Of a stretch of 64,000 bases of DNA, positions 1 through 10,478 are shown one piece after another; positions within the stretch are counted from its first letter, which is position 1; each line of letters begins with the position of its first letter. The DNA is from Salisapilia sapeloensis CBS 127946 (lineage: Eukaryota > Protista > Oomycota): NCBI GenBank assembly GCA_023334545.1, contig JAADVB010000004.1, forward strand, positions 62,001-126,000, given 5' to 3'. The translations under genes and the position numbers were made by a program. The notes under the pieces are model-generated. The model searched no databases and had not been told where the DNA came from. It was given only the letters and a program-made list of their open reading frames with translations.

Positions 1-560
1 AGAGTCGGAAACCGTTCCAACACGACATTGCAACTCAGAGACTGACGTCTCCGTACAAGCCTCCAGGGAAAACTGTCAATGCGAAACCGTATTGGTGTGC
101 TTCGACAAAGTACAACAGCGAAGAGTCAAAGAAGGAGGGGCAGAAGAAATCCCAAGTTTCCGCATTCAAACGTGAAGATGAGCTATTTCAATCAGTCATG
201 CGCTATCAGCCACATAGATGGCAGCATGCAGACCAAGATGAAGGGGTAGAAAATGTAGTCGATCACAATGACAAGCTATCGTCTGTGAAAGACGGACAAG
301 GGATGCGGCTAATGCGAAGAAGACAAGGAGTATATGGTCTGGATGCGCTTTCAGTCATCAAGCCTTTTTCGAAGGACTTGACACCACAGCAAAGGCTGGT
401 TCAAGATTACCTGTACGCGTTTCACTCTCGGGTCATTTTCTCGTTTGACGAGCAGTATCGAGCGTCTCGGAAGTACAGAGCCAAGGTTGTGGCAGGCGAC
501 ACAGAGAACGGAGAAAACAAAGATGATATACCTTTACACCGCCAACGAAGTAAGCGGTGA
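1..560 (+). CDS. 3' part of an unidentified protein (5'-truncated by window edge)
   Basis: The frame of ORF 198..560 is open from position 3 (SRKPFQHDIATQRLTSP...) with no stop until TGA at 558-560. No recognisable motif. Confidence 0.5.
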   Translation, partial: SRKPFQHDIATQRLTSPYKPPGKTVNAKPYWCASTKYNSEESKKEGQKKSQVSAFKREDELFQSVMRYQPHRWQHADQDEGVENVVDHNDKLSSVKDGQGMRLMRRRQGVYGLDALSVIKPFSKDLTPQQRLVQDYLYAFHSRVIFSFDEQYRASRKYRAKVVAGDTENGENKDDIPLHRQRSKR

Positions 561-609
561 GTCCACGAGTGCAATAATTCTAGCATGCTGGCAGTCTGTG
601 TCGTACAAT

Positions 610-2364
610 TTACAAATTTATTTTACTCAATCCACTTCCACCAAGTCTTTTGTTTTGACCTGACCGGTTGTTTGACCACTGGAAGAAATCACAACGAGCG
701 TTCGGATCTCCCCTTTCCCCCTACAATGAGAGATTAGTACAAGATTGATTAATCTATCCTTCACCAAGGTCTCTTTTTAGTTCATGTAGAACGTACCGCT
801 GGCTTTTTACAGACGTAAAACTTGCGACCCCAATTCTCTGTGGCTTTCACGACAGATCGGAGCACAGTTGGAAGACCGCAGTTGCAAAGTGGCGTTGTCG
901 GCGGCCGGCCATTTAGTACCTGCGACCACTCCATTCGTTTGTTTTCGGTTGCTAGGCGCTGCTCTTCATGTACCTCTTTAATAATAGCTTGAGAGTCTGC
1001 TTCTGATTCTCCACTTGCACTTGCAGGTAAAAAGAAGGCTTTGTGATGGCTCTGTTGCTTTAGTGTGTGTGCCGCCGGGCTGGAAAAGAAGGATGCGATG
1101 GACCGCTGTCCTCCTACTTTTCGTTTCTTTGTCGCTTTGATAGGAGATACAGGACGCGCTTCATCGGCATCTTGCTGTTTTTGTTGTGAGAAAAACGCAG
1201 TTATGGATTGCTGCTTGCCCGCAAACTCGGTAAAGTAGCGACTGCACAAGGCAGGAGGTTTATCCGGCCCACAAGGTGGAAGTATTTCGCCTGTCAATAT
1301 GACAGGACAGTGATCGGAACCGAGCTGGTTTGGGTGATGGACACAGTCAGACACACGCAAGTGAAGCGTGAGATCAATAAGAATGTAGTCAATACGGGTG
1401 CCGTAGTTGGTCTCTCGAGCACTCGTCTTGGTATTCCAACATGTATAAGCCTTTGCTTCTTTTGGATGGAAATATCGAAAAGCGTCAACTAATAATCCTG
1501 GAGGTCCAGGACTCTGTCTCTTTTTATCTTCTAGTGTAAGTTCGCTTATGGCGAATGTGTCCATCCAGAGACGGAATGGATGCTTTTCAAATGGTCCGTC
1601 CTCATCATCTTGCGGATCGCAATGGTCGATCCTCCGATGCGAGATATTGATATCACCCTACATGGCATCCACATACACCGATGAGTTAAAATACATGCCT
1701 ATTTGATATAGAAGAACAGCCTGTACCACTACAATAACAGGCTTGCCATCCGCCTGAAGCGTTTGCACACGGTCTTGGAGCACTTTGTGGAAGGACAGCT
1801 TATATTCCAGTCGCTCCATATTCCGGAGTGCAGGGCAGTAAACATTAAATAGCACAAAGGTCCCATGGTCCGTCAGGATGCATCTTCCTTCCGTCTCTAG
1901 ATCCTGCACAAAAGCCGATGAAAACTACAAGTTGATAAGCGTCATGTTATATCGATCGAATAGTTCGGTGAAAGTGAACCGCACATCGTTGTGGATCGAT
2001 CCAATGCGGTCGATACTATCCTCCGTTTTCCAGTAACCGGTTAATCCTTCCTCTGCAGCGTAGACAGCGACATGCTGCTTGCAAAACGTTACGACACCAG
2101 AATACCCTCCTTTTCCTCTAGAAAATGAGTAGTATGCATCATACCCTGCCCGTGTATCAGTACTATTATTCCTACCAAAGAACCTAAAGTATTCGCACCT
2201 GCAGGTCGGACGAATTGCTCATCCAGCTCCGATCGGGTCATTTTTGTCTCTTGAAGGCAAATAATGTCTGCTTCCAACCCGTCTAGAAAACTTTTCAGCG
2301 AATGACCATTCCTTTGAAGCACCGCTCGCAGTCCGTTGACGTTCCAAGTAAGCAATCGAACCAT
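610..2364 (-). CDS. APEX2: AP endonuclease 2 (ExoIII family) with C-terminal GRF zinc finger; multi-exon
   Basis: N-terminal LLTWNVNGLR...DIICLQETK; EGRCILTDHG, FNVYCP; YTCWNTK...NYGTRIDY...GSDHCPV. The GRF finger CNCG...NWGRKFYVCKKPA|GERGDPNARCDFFQW is completed by splicing GTACGT (~795) to TGTAG (721). Stop TAA at 612-610. Confidence 0.95.
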
Positions 2365-2521
2365 CGTCGGAGGAACAGACTGTTCTACTTTGCGTCTTCC
2401 TTTTCGTTGTCAAATTCGTTGTCACCATATTTTACACCAATCAATTATCTTCTTGTATATTATCCTCCAATGATAGGCATTGGCGCCAATTCCATCCACC
2501 GCCAAGACAAAAACAATCGAC
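2365..2521. promoter_or_regulatory. Putative bidirectional promoter between APEX2 and POLA2
   Basis: About 157 bp between divergent ATGs, with a CCAAT at ~2438. Function is inferred from geometry only. Confidence 0.5.
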
Positions 2522-4837
2522 ATGAGCGTGGACGCAGCTACTGTCCGCGAAGCCTTTCGTTCGAATGACTTAGAGATACAGGATGATGGACTAGATGCGT
2601 GCATCAACCTATGCTCCGAGTTCGGACTCTCAGCCTCCCAACTCTCAGCGCAGTGGGACGCGTACTCGATGAATAACCAGATCACGGGTCCAGCGACTGC
2701 CGAGCATTTGGCAGGACTGCGCTCCAACTTGGCACAGCAGCATAAGAGCAAGAGTAGTAGTCAGTCACATGGGTCTAGCAGTTCGAAAGTACCTAAGCGG
2801 AAGTTTGACAAGATCCAACCGACGCCTTCCGGGAACAGTGATAAGATGGAGGCGCTCTACGGCATGAAATCTCCTGATTCAAAGCATCAGCGGACAAAAG
2901 ACAGCAAAGCCATGTTTTCCCCAACGTAAAACTTAACTGAATTATCATAGAATGAAAGCTATTAACGCTATAAGCAGCTCTGTGCAGTCCCCGCCTGGAC
3001 ACACGTACGAAAAGCGAACGGACGCAGGTCAGATCGTATCCGACTTAAACGGTCATTTAAAGCCTCAGATATCCTCCGACGAAGACATGCAGCAACGCAA
3101 GATCCATTTCTCCATTCCGTATCCGGAAAGAAACCTACAGCCCAATGCGCCGTACATGTACACTCCACTGTTCGACCGCGCAGTGGCGTTAGAAGATCAG
3201 CTCATAGCGTATGAGAAGCTGGTGAAAGAGCATCTTAAATTGGAGGAATTGGCTGCTGTGGGCGATCCGTCTCCTGCTCAAGTGACTGTCGTCGGTCGGA
3301 TCGTGTGTGAGGCTGCCGAAGGGAAGCTGAACTCGAGCGTGGTTCAGATCGAAGGGTCGAGACACTCTTGCGGCGGACAGCGAGTCCTTTTAGATCTGTC
3401 TGAAGTGCCCACATTCCAAGTCTTTCCGGGAAAAGTATGCTCTATACTATCCTCTGGTGTAGATTTAAAGACGCTAACGTTGGTCTTGTAGTTGGTAGCC
3501 CTAGAAGGAGTTTTCGCCGATGTCCGATCTTCTTTCGTCGTAAAAAACATCATAGAGGTACAGCAATCCACTTTAATGGTTGTAAAGACTATATAGTAAC
3601 CTTGTGTATCTGCAGTCTATTCCAGCTCCAATGCCAACGTCCTCCAAGACCTTTATGCGGGAGATTCATGGCGGCAACGCAGATGCCAAGCCTCTTCGAG
3701 TATTGTCTGCATGTGGACCTTTTACAACTTCGTCCAACGTGGAGTACGTGCCGCTGAACGACCTGCTGCAAGTAGCCATCGACAGCAAGCCTGACGCACT
3801 CATTCTCGTAAGCATATCCGTTCTATCACTCTCGGCTCTCGCAGTAAAGATCGTTTCACTGTAGGTGGGTCCGTTCATTGACGTAAACCACTCCAGTTTC
3901 TCTGACGGCGTCGTTCCGTTCGATGGGATGCTGCTCAGCTACGAAGACATCTTCCTGTTCAAAGTCATGACGCTCATGAACAGTGTCTTGGGGCAGAACC
4001 CTGACATGCAGCTCATCCTCATTCCGTCCTTGCGGGACGCTAATCACGAGTACGTCTACCCTCAGCCTCCTCTAGACAAGAAAAAGGCATGTGAAGCCTT
4101 GGATCAGGACGAATACGCCAAGGTAGAATCGTAAACAATCTACTACTAAATCCTAAGAGTCTAATAGTATATTGACAGCGAGTACACATGCTGTCGAACC
4201 CTTGTACGTTTGCTCTGAACGACGTCATCTTTGGCGTCTCCACGCTGGACGTCATGATGCACCTCAGTTCGAACGAGCTGCACCGGTAGGATGTACTGAC
4301 TTATTGTCTCGGGATGTATCTAATGTGTCACCTCGGTTTTTAGAGCCAAGGCAAGTAAGCAGAACCGATTGCTGCGACTGAGTGAACAGTTGATTGAACA
4401 GCACAGGTACCACTTCTCTTCCTAATTATACGACTTTAGCGTCTGACTAACGTGTCATGATGGATGGCAGCTACTACCCACTATTTCCTCCGCCGGCATC
4501 CGGTGAAGCTCCTCTCGACCTTCGCTATATGAAACAGTTCCAGTTTGAGCACACGCCGGACGTCTTGATCCTTCCGTCCGTCCTCAACCGCTTCTGTGGT
4601 GTACGTATTACTGTAGCTTATAGTTTCATGATCATTGGAGGACTAATGGATGCTCTACAGCGTATACGAGACTCGATATGTATCAATCCTGGCCAACTGT
4701 GCAAAGGACAAGCTGGAGGAACATTCGCTTCGTTGACAGTGCTTCCTCTTGATAACAACAAACTTGACGAGTCAGAGGAGGATCAAGTTCCTCACCAAGT
4801 ACCAGACCGAACGCTAGTGGAAATTAAACGCATCTAG
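2522..4837 (+). CDS. POLA2: DNA polymerase alpha subunit B; multi-exon
   Basis: N-terminal domain MSVDAATVREAF...LCSEFGLSASQLSAQWDAYS; OB-fold VTVVGRIVCEAAEGKLN...LFPG; phosphoesterase-like ACGPFTT...PDALIL|MGPFID, LIPSLRDANH..VYPQPP; TPDVLILPS, INPGQLCKG..GTFA. Confidence 0.93.
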
Positions 4838-4998
4838 CCTTTCTGTTTTGCAATGCACTTCAACTTTGTCACTTCGACATCTTCCAGTCTAGGCTTCCTA
4901 CAAATATAGCTAGTGTACCACAAATCGTGGAACGGAAACTACAAGATGGCATAGTATGGAAACTAGACAACACAACAAAGAATCAAAAAGAGCTGCAA

Positions 4999-6546
4999 AT
5001 GGAGGATCGGGACGATATCGACTCGAATGGTGACAGTATCACTGCCTCCAGTGAACAGCCATTGCTTCCGCATCGTTACCAATATGAACACAGTGATAGC
5101 CAGCGTCGACGTCCTTCATGGTCACTCTCTCGACGTACTAAAATAGCTCTTGCAGTGCTGACGACAGTACTGATATTCACACATGTGCTCTTCGTTGTCC
5201 TCTTGCGCACCACTACAGCATCTCTGGAGTCTATGACCATCCCTGACTTGTGCCACAAACAAAGTGTGGGTGACGTGATTCTCCAACTTCATAATCCGTC
5301 CTATTGTAGACCTGACGTTGGGCAATTGCATGCTTCGATCTACAAGCAAGACCAATTGGTGCTAAACTTGACTACCCCTGCCTTTAATTTGCAGCGTGGA
5401 CACTCAACACTTGTGACGGACGTTCACATGGACATCTTGCCCACTCCTCATGAGCTCTACGATATCCTTTTCCATACACCAGGCGAATTTTATGCCAAGG
5501 GCCAGATTCCGGTTACAATCCATTGCTTGCTCGTGCCCTTCACCGTCCACCTCGATGTCAGCTCTATCTTCCACACTGCGTCAACTATAGTAGACGATAG
5601 AGCTCAGGAACGGTGGCTTTTCAGCGCAGACCCTCTCCTCGATCAACGCCTCCAACTTTCTTCTGAAGCTAGCAGCATTACCAACGAGTTAAAGCGAGTC
5701 GTTCAACAAGTACTATCCTCAATTGCTTTATCTCACTTCCGAGTGGTAGATGAAGCAGATGCCATTTTTGCCTATTCAGACGTTCGCTTTCAGTATGATT
5801 CGTCTGTGCTTTGGAACGTTCCACCACTGACACTTCGAATCAATAGCAACGAGAGTCAAACAATACTTTCTGCCGGACTCTCGAGGTTTCTCTTGGGTGC
5901 AGGTGATACCTTTATTATGGCTGACAGTGTCATCCATAAAAAGGAGATGCAGCCTTTGCGTTCGATGATCGAACACATTCTTATGAGTAAAGGAGAAACG
6001 CTCCATGTGTCCGGCGACAACGGTCGATCCGATTGCTACTCTCTTCAGGTGTTAGATTTAATCGATTTTGACGTAAACGTCCCCTCGACTGTCGACGGAA
6101 AACCACTGCTACTTCGTCATTACAGTGCAAAGCCGACGATCAAGAAACTGGACAGCCATACGGAGCAGTGTCTGATAAAGCTAGACGTGGTACTCGGCAT
6201 CAACAACCCGTTGCCGGTCAACTTTCATCTTTTTGACATCGATTTCGACCTGTACTACTTGAAAAGTGGCAGGAAAAAGAAGCACTATCTCGTTCATGTC
6301 GATGATGAAAACCAGGTCGTGTGGACGCCACACACGGAGAACAACGTGACCATCGAGACGGAATTGCACTACTACAGGACATGCAAAGACGTCATTTCGC
6401 TCTACTTTAAAGACGAGCTTTCATTTGCCATTGAAGACGGGAGTGTGCATCTGGGCGTAGGCAGTGGGAACAACTTCACCATTCCCTTTTCCATTCCAGA
6501 GATACGCATCCATCCTGAAGTAGCCCATGCGCAGGAATTAGTTTAA
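4999..6546 (+). CDS. Intronless type II single-pass membrane protein with a large beta-rich luminal part (LEA_2/DUF3712-like, tentative)
   Basis: Long ORF. Cytosolic N-tail with SEQPLL, then a TM helix IALAVLTTVLIFTHVLFVVLL, then repeated beta-strand patterns (LQLHNPSYC; LGINNPLPVNFHLFDIDFDLYY). ATG at 4999 preferred over the GTG at 4927. Confidence 0.65.
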   Translation: MEDRDDIDSNGDSITASSEQPLLPHRYQYEHSDSQRRRPSWSLSRRTKIALAVLTTVLIFTHVLFVVLLRTTTASLESMTIPDLCHKQSVGDVILQLHNPSYCRPDVGQLHASIYKQDQLVLNLTTPAFNLQRGHSTLVTDVHMDILPTPHELYDILFHTPGEFYAKGQIPVTIHCLLVPFTVHLDVSSIFHTASTIVDDRAQERWLFSADPLLDQRLQLSSEASSITNELKRVVQQVLSSIALSHFRVVDEADAIFAYSDVRFQYDSSVLWNVPPLTLRINSNESQTILSAGLSRFLLGAGDTFIMADSVIHKKEMQPLRSMIEHILMSKGETLHVSGDNGRSDCYSLQVLDLIDFDVNVPSTVDGKPLLLRHYSAKPTIKKLDSHTEQCLIKLDVVLGINNPLPVNFHLFDIDFDLYYLKSGRKKKHYLVHVDDENQVVWTPHTENNVTIETELHYYRTCKDVISLYFKDELSFAIEDGSVHLGVGSGNNFTIPFSIPEIRIHPEVAHAQELV

Positions 6547-6954
6547 TACATTGACCTTATAAAGATATACTTCTACGATGAATCTACATCCTGTCGTCTT
6601 CTCTGCGTCCTAGCTAACGTTTCTTGTCTATTGTGTGCAAGCAACGATCCTCCTGCAATGCGAACTGGTCTTCAATTATGGCAATAGAGTAGATCAGACG
6701 CTAGTCTTGACTGCTAGTACCTTGACTTATGTTCACTTTCGGTAGGATCTAGACGATTACCAGTTTCAAATGATTGTTTTGCTTCAGCTCCAAGCATCAC
6801 CTCGCACATAATCTCTATACAAACAATTTATAATTGCACAACGACCTTCTTTCGTCTTCAAAGCTGACGAAAACACACTAGTCTTTTGGTCAGTAGCCTA
6901 CACTAGAGCAAATACGACAACCGTAGAAACGCTTGGGCAACACAGAGTGCTTTT

Positions 6955-8298
6955 CTAAAGACTATGCGTATATTTGAAGTCCTCCTTGGAGTTCGTTCGG
7001 TCAATGTACGAATGGGCCTTGAAGTGCTCCGCTTGGATAAGCTCCGCCAGCATCGGCGCCACCGATAGCCGCTTGATCTTGGACGAATGTTGCGCCGCCG
7101 GGTCCGCCGGGATCGTGTCCATGACCACCACTTCGGACAGCTCCGAGTCTTCAATCGCAGCCTCGGCTTCAGCATTCAGCAGCGGGTGGGACGCAAACGT
7201 GTACACGCGCTTGGCTCCCTTCTCCTTTGCCAGCTTCGACAGCTTGTGCAGCGTCGATCCCGTGTCGATCAAGTCGTCCACGATAATCACGTCCGCGCCG
7301 TCGACGTCCCCAAAGATGTCCGACTCATTCTTGATGCTACCATCGCCATTCTCTCGGAAGTATGCAGCGAAGCGAGCAGGTGCACCGGGAAGCCATTTGT
7401 TCAGACCTGTTTGGAACATACGCGCGCGACGCAGACACTCTGGGTTCGGAGCGAGGATGACGATCGGGCGGTGAAGATAGACCTGCGTGGCAAAGTACTC
7501 GACGCCTGCCATAATGGTCTCAAGCGTTTCCACCGGCACGTGCTGGCTGAAGAAGGAGGCTTCGTTGCCTTGCACACGCAGCTGGACGTCGACAGCAATG
7601 ACACGGTCGACACCCATGACTTCGAGCATGGTGGCAATATCCGCTGCAGCCGACTGGATGAACTTGGAGTTCACCGACGTCGACGTCGGGTTCGCTCGAC
7701 GGTGGTGCTTGTAAGCGTAGTACCTATACACGAGCAATCCATGAGATCATACATTCATAAATAGATAAAGCGTTAGATGTGAATAGACGTACGGGATGAC
7801 GGCTGTCACGCGCTTGGCACTCGCACGACGCATCGTGCTCACCATGAGCAGCAGCTCCATGACGCTGTCATTGACAGGGGATGCGAGGGACTGGACGAGG
7901 TACACGTCCTTTCCTCGAACGCTTTCTCCGACTTGGCACTGCACCTCGCCATCGGCGAAACGTCCGAGCTTTAGATTTCCGACTCGCGTGCCAAGTCTTC
8001 TCGCGATGTCGTCCGCTAGTTGAAAGTGGGACGACCCGGAGAAGATCTTGAGTTCGTGACAACCAGGGATGAACATGCCAGCGTGCGTGCAAGGGTGCTT
8101 GTCGGACGGGAAGAACGGCGACATCGGGTCCACACGCTTGCGGTCCTGTGGCACACCAAATTCAAGGTCTCTCAAGTCCTCTCGGCTGCGTTCATGAGAC
8201 GAGGCAGTAGAGCGGCTTCCGAGCGCAGCTCCGCTTGCGAGTGCAGCCCCTAGGAGAGGCGAGAGACGCCAGACACCTCGAGTACCGACGCCGAGCAT
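6955..8298 (-). CDS. Ribose-phosphate pyrophosphokinase (PRPS) family protein, degenerate active site; 2 exons
   Basis: LKIFSGSSHFQLADDIA...GRFADGEVQCQVGESVRGKDVYLVQS...VNDSVMELLLM...ASAKRVTAVIP|YYAY; PRPP-binding loop IIVDDLIDTGSTL; GAKRVYTFASH. N-terminal R/S-rich presequence-like extension. Confidence 0.9.
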
Positions 8299-8473
8299 TC
8301 CAAGTCGCTTAGTGTATTTCGTGGTGTGTATCGGTGGAAAAGACCCGACGGCCTTCGGACTTGAAGTTTGTATTGACTCCAGTAGGCATGGGCGAAAGAA
8401 AAGAGAGATTTCTTTTGGGCACGAAACTCGGACACAAACGGCGAGAGTGCATCCATTCGACGTTTCAAGGTCG

Positions 8474-10168
8474 ATGGATACGTTTGATGAAGTGTTGAAT
8501 GGAGAGGAGGATATGTTGATTAGTGAGCTCAATGGTGCATTGGAGGATGAATATGACCCGGCAGAGAGGAATAAAGTGGATGACAAACCTCCTGCACCAG
8601 AGGATTTAAAGCCGAGTGGAGAGGATGGCTACGAGGAACAAAGACTCCGACGGAAATGCAAAAAGCTACATGCTCTGGTGAAGGAGCAGAAGAGCACGAT
8701 CGAATCACTCCGGAATAAAAGGTATCAACCTTCTGTGGTCGAAGCCGAAGCACTACGCAATGTGCATAAGCTAGCACAAGAGGAACGTCAGGACGCCATG
8801 GGCCTCAACTCGGTACGATTTATCATGTAGAGAAAACACTGAAGGAAGTATACCTAAAGCATTGATGTTGAAGTGGTTATCAGGGTCAGAGAAGCGAGTA
8901 CGAAAGCAGGAATCGGTAGATGAAAGACTGCACAAGTATGAGCTCCATGTACGTGCACAATTCCAAAATCTTTCCTTTTAGGTTCGTACTCAACACGAAT
9001 CGTACTACAGGTGCAGCAGCTCTATAAAGAAATCAAGGAGAAGAAGGAAAAATATAATATGCTGGAAGAGTGTCTGCAGCAAGAAAAGCACAAGAAGAGA
9101 AAACTGATCAAGGCTTGCAAGGCTGCTCGACATGCACTCCTAGCGGTTCAGCAGGATGGCACACGGGATATGCTGGAGGATATGAAGGGCAAGTATGCCA
9201 ATTTGGAAAAGGAACATGAATCGTTAAAACTTTCCCTTGAAGCTGAGCGCGAAGAGGTGTGATATTCTTCGCTTACTCTCTAGTTACCATGCTCTTATCT
9301 CTTTATGCTTGTAGACACGTTCGAAGGCCGATGAGATCACTACTTTCCAGGAAACAGTATCAAGCCTTCGAGCTGAAAAGGAAGAATTGCAGCGTACGAA
9401 CATTTGTAAATGCATTTCTCAAGCGCATGAACGCTTATGCTCTTTATAGAAAGCATGGAACGACAGGGTGATGCCCAGTCACGTCTGCGACAACAAGTGC
9501 AGGAGCAACAGTCTACCATCCGTCAGTTACAAGAAGACTATCAGGCTGCACTAGAGCGAACGCAAGTACTAGAACGACAAAACGGACGAACGCAAGATGA
9601 TAATACGGTACGCAATTTGCATTTGATGTCTTAAGATATCAAGCTGAATGTGTTCTCAACATCTTCTAGCACGAGACGCTCTCAGTGGCTCTGGCCAACT
9701 CCCAGGAGAAGATAGCACAGCTCAAAGAGGAGATCCAGACCCTTCGTTCGGATCAAACCCGGATTCAGCAGAGACTACCTACCACTTGTGATACTACCGA
9801 GCTACCTACTGAAGCATCTCCCACAAGAAATTTTGATCAACTATCATACCAAGTGCGTTATTTCGATGTATTTTGTATTTCCTATTCGCTAATAGGCTCT
9901 TGTGTGCTGCCAATAGTCCGAACAAGTTGGCAAGAAGCTCGTCTTGTTATATCGCTGGCTGACGAATGAGTCGAGTGCAGCATTTTCAACCATGAACAAG
10001 AAGCAAACAGCACCAGTGAAACCGATTCGATCGGATACCGACATACAGGAATGTCTACGTGGGTTCGAGTCAACCCTCGAAGAGCTTCAGCAGCTTGTTG
10101 AAGACCGTGCTGCAAGGACTCTCGGCGCCCAACTAGCCTTGTCATGCAACTTGAAAGAAGCGTGTTGA
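8474..10168 (+). CDS. Multi-exon coiled-coil protein of unknown function
   Basis: Successive E/K/Q-rich heptad ORF segments (8312-8830, 9011-9262, 9437-9634, 9685-9850, 9944-10168) separated by GT-AG intron-like gaps. Start MDTFDEVLNG at 8474. Confidence 0.65.
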
Positions 10169-10478
10169 ATTTCTGCTACTCGAGTCCTCAGCAATATAAT
10201 GCTACTCTCTCACGACCAATCCGCCCAACCACTAGGTAGCAGAGGAGACATACAAGACAAGTAGTGTACTTGATCCCTCCATAAATGCGTTTAAAGCTAC
10301 AACCGGTGTTGTTTAGCATATATCCCATCTCTTCCAGACCTACCGACGTCTCCAGCATTGCCCATCAACTTTCTTTCGATCCTCCCTCGTCTCCAGAGAT
10401 CCTAGATCTACTACACTACAACAGATTCAACTTATAACCAACCGCACGAAGACAGTGTCTATTGCTTATCGCCACTTC

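Noticed and set aside
6547-6954. Possible small gene or ncRNA in the ~400 bp convergent gap
   Set aside because: Only scattered splice-like dinucleotides, with no coherent frame or recognisable RNA structure. Likely 3' UTRs.
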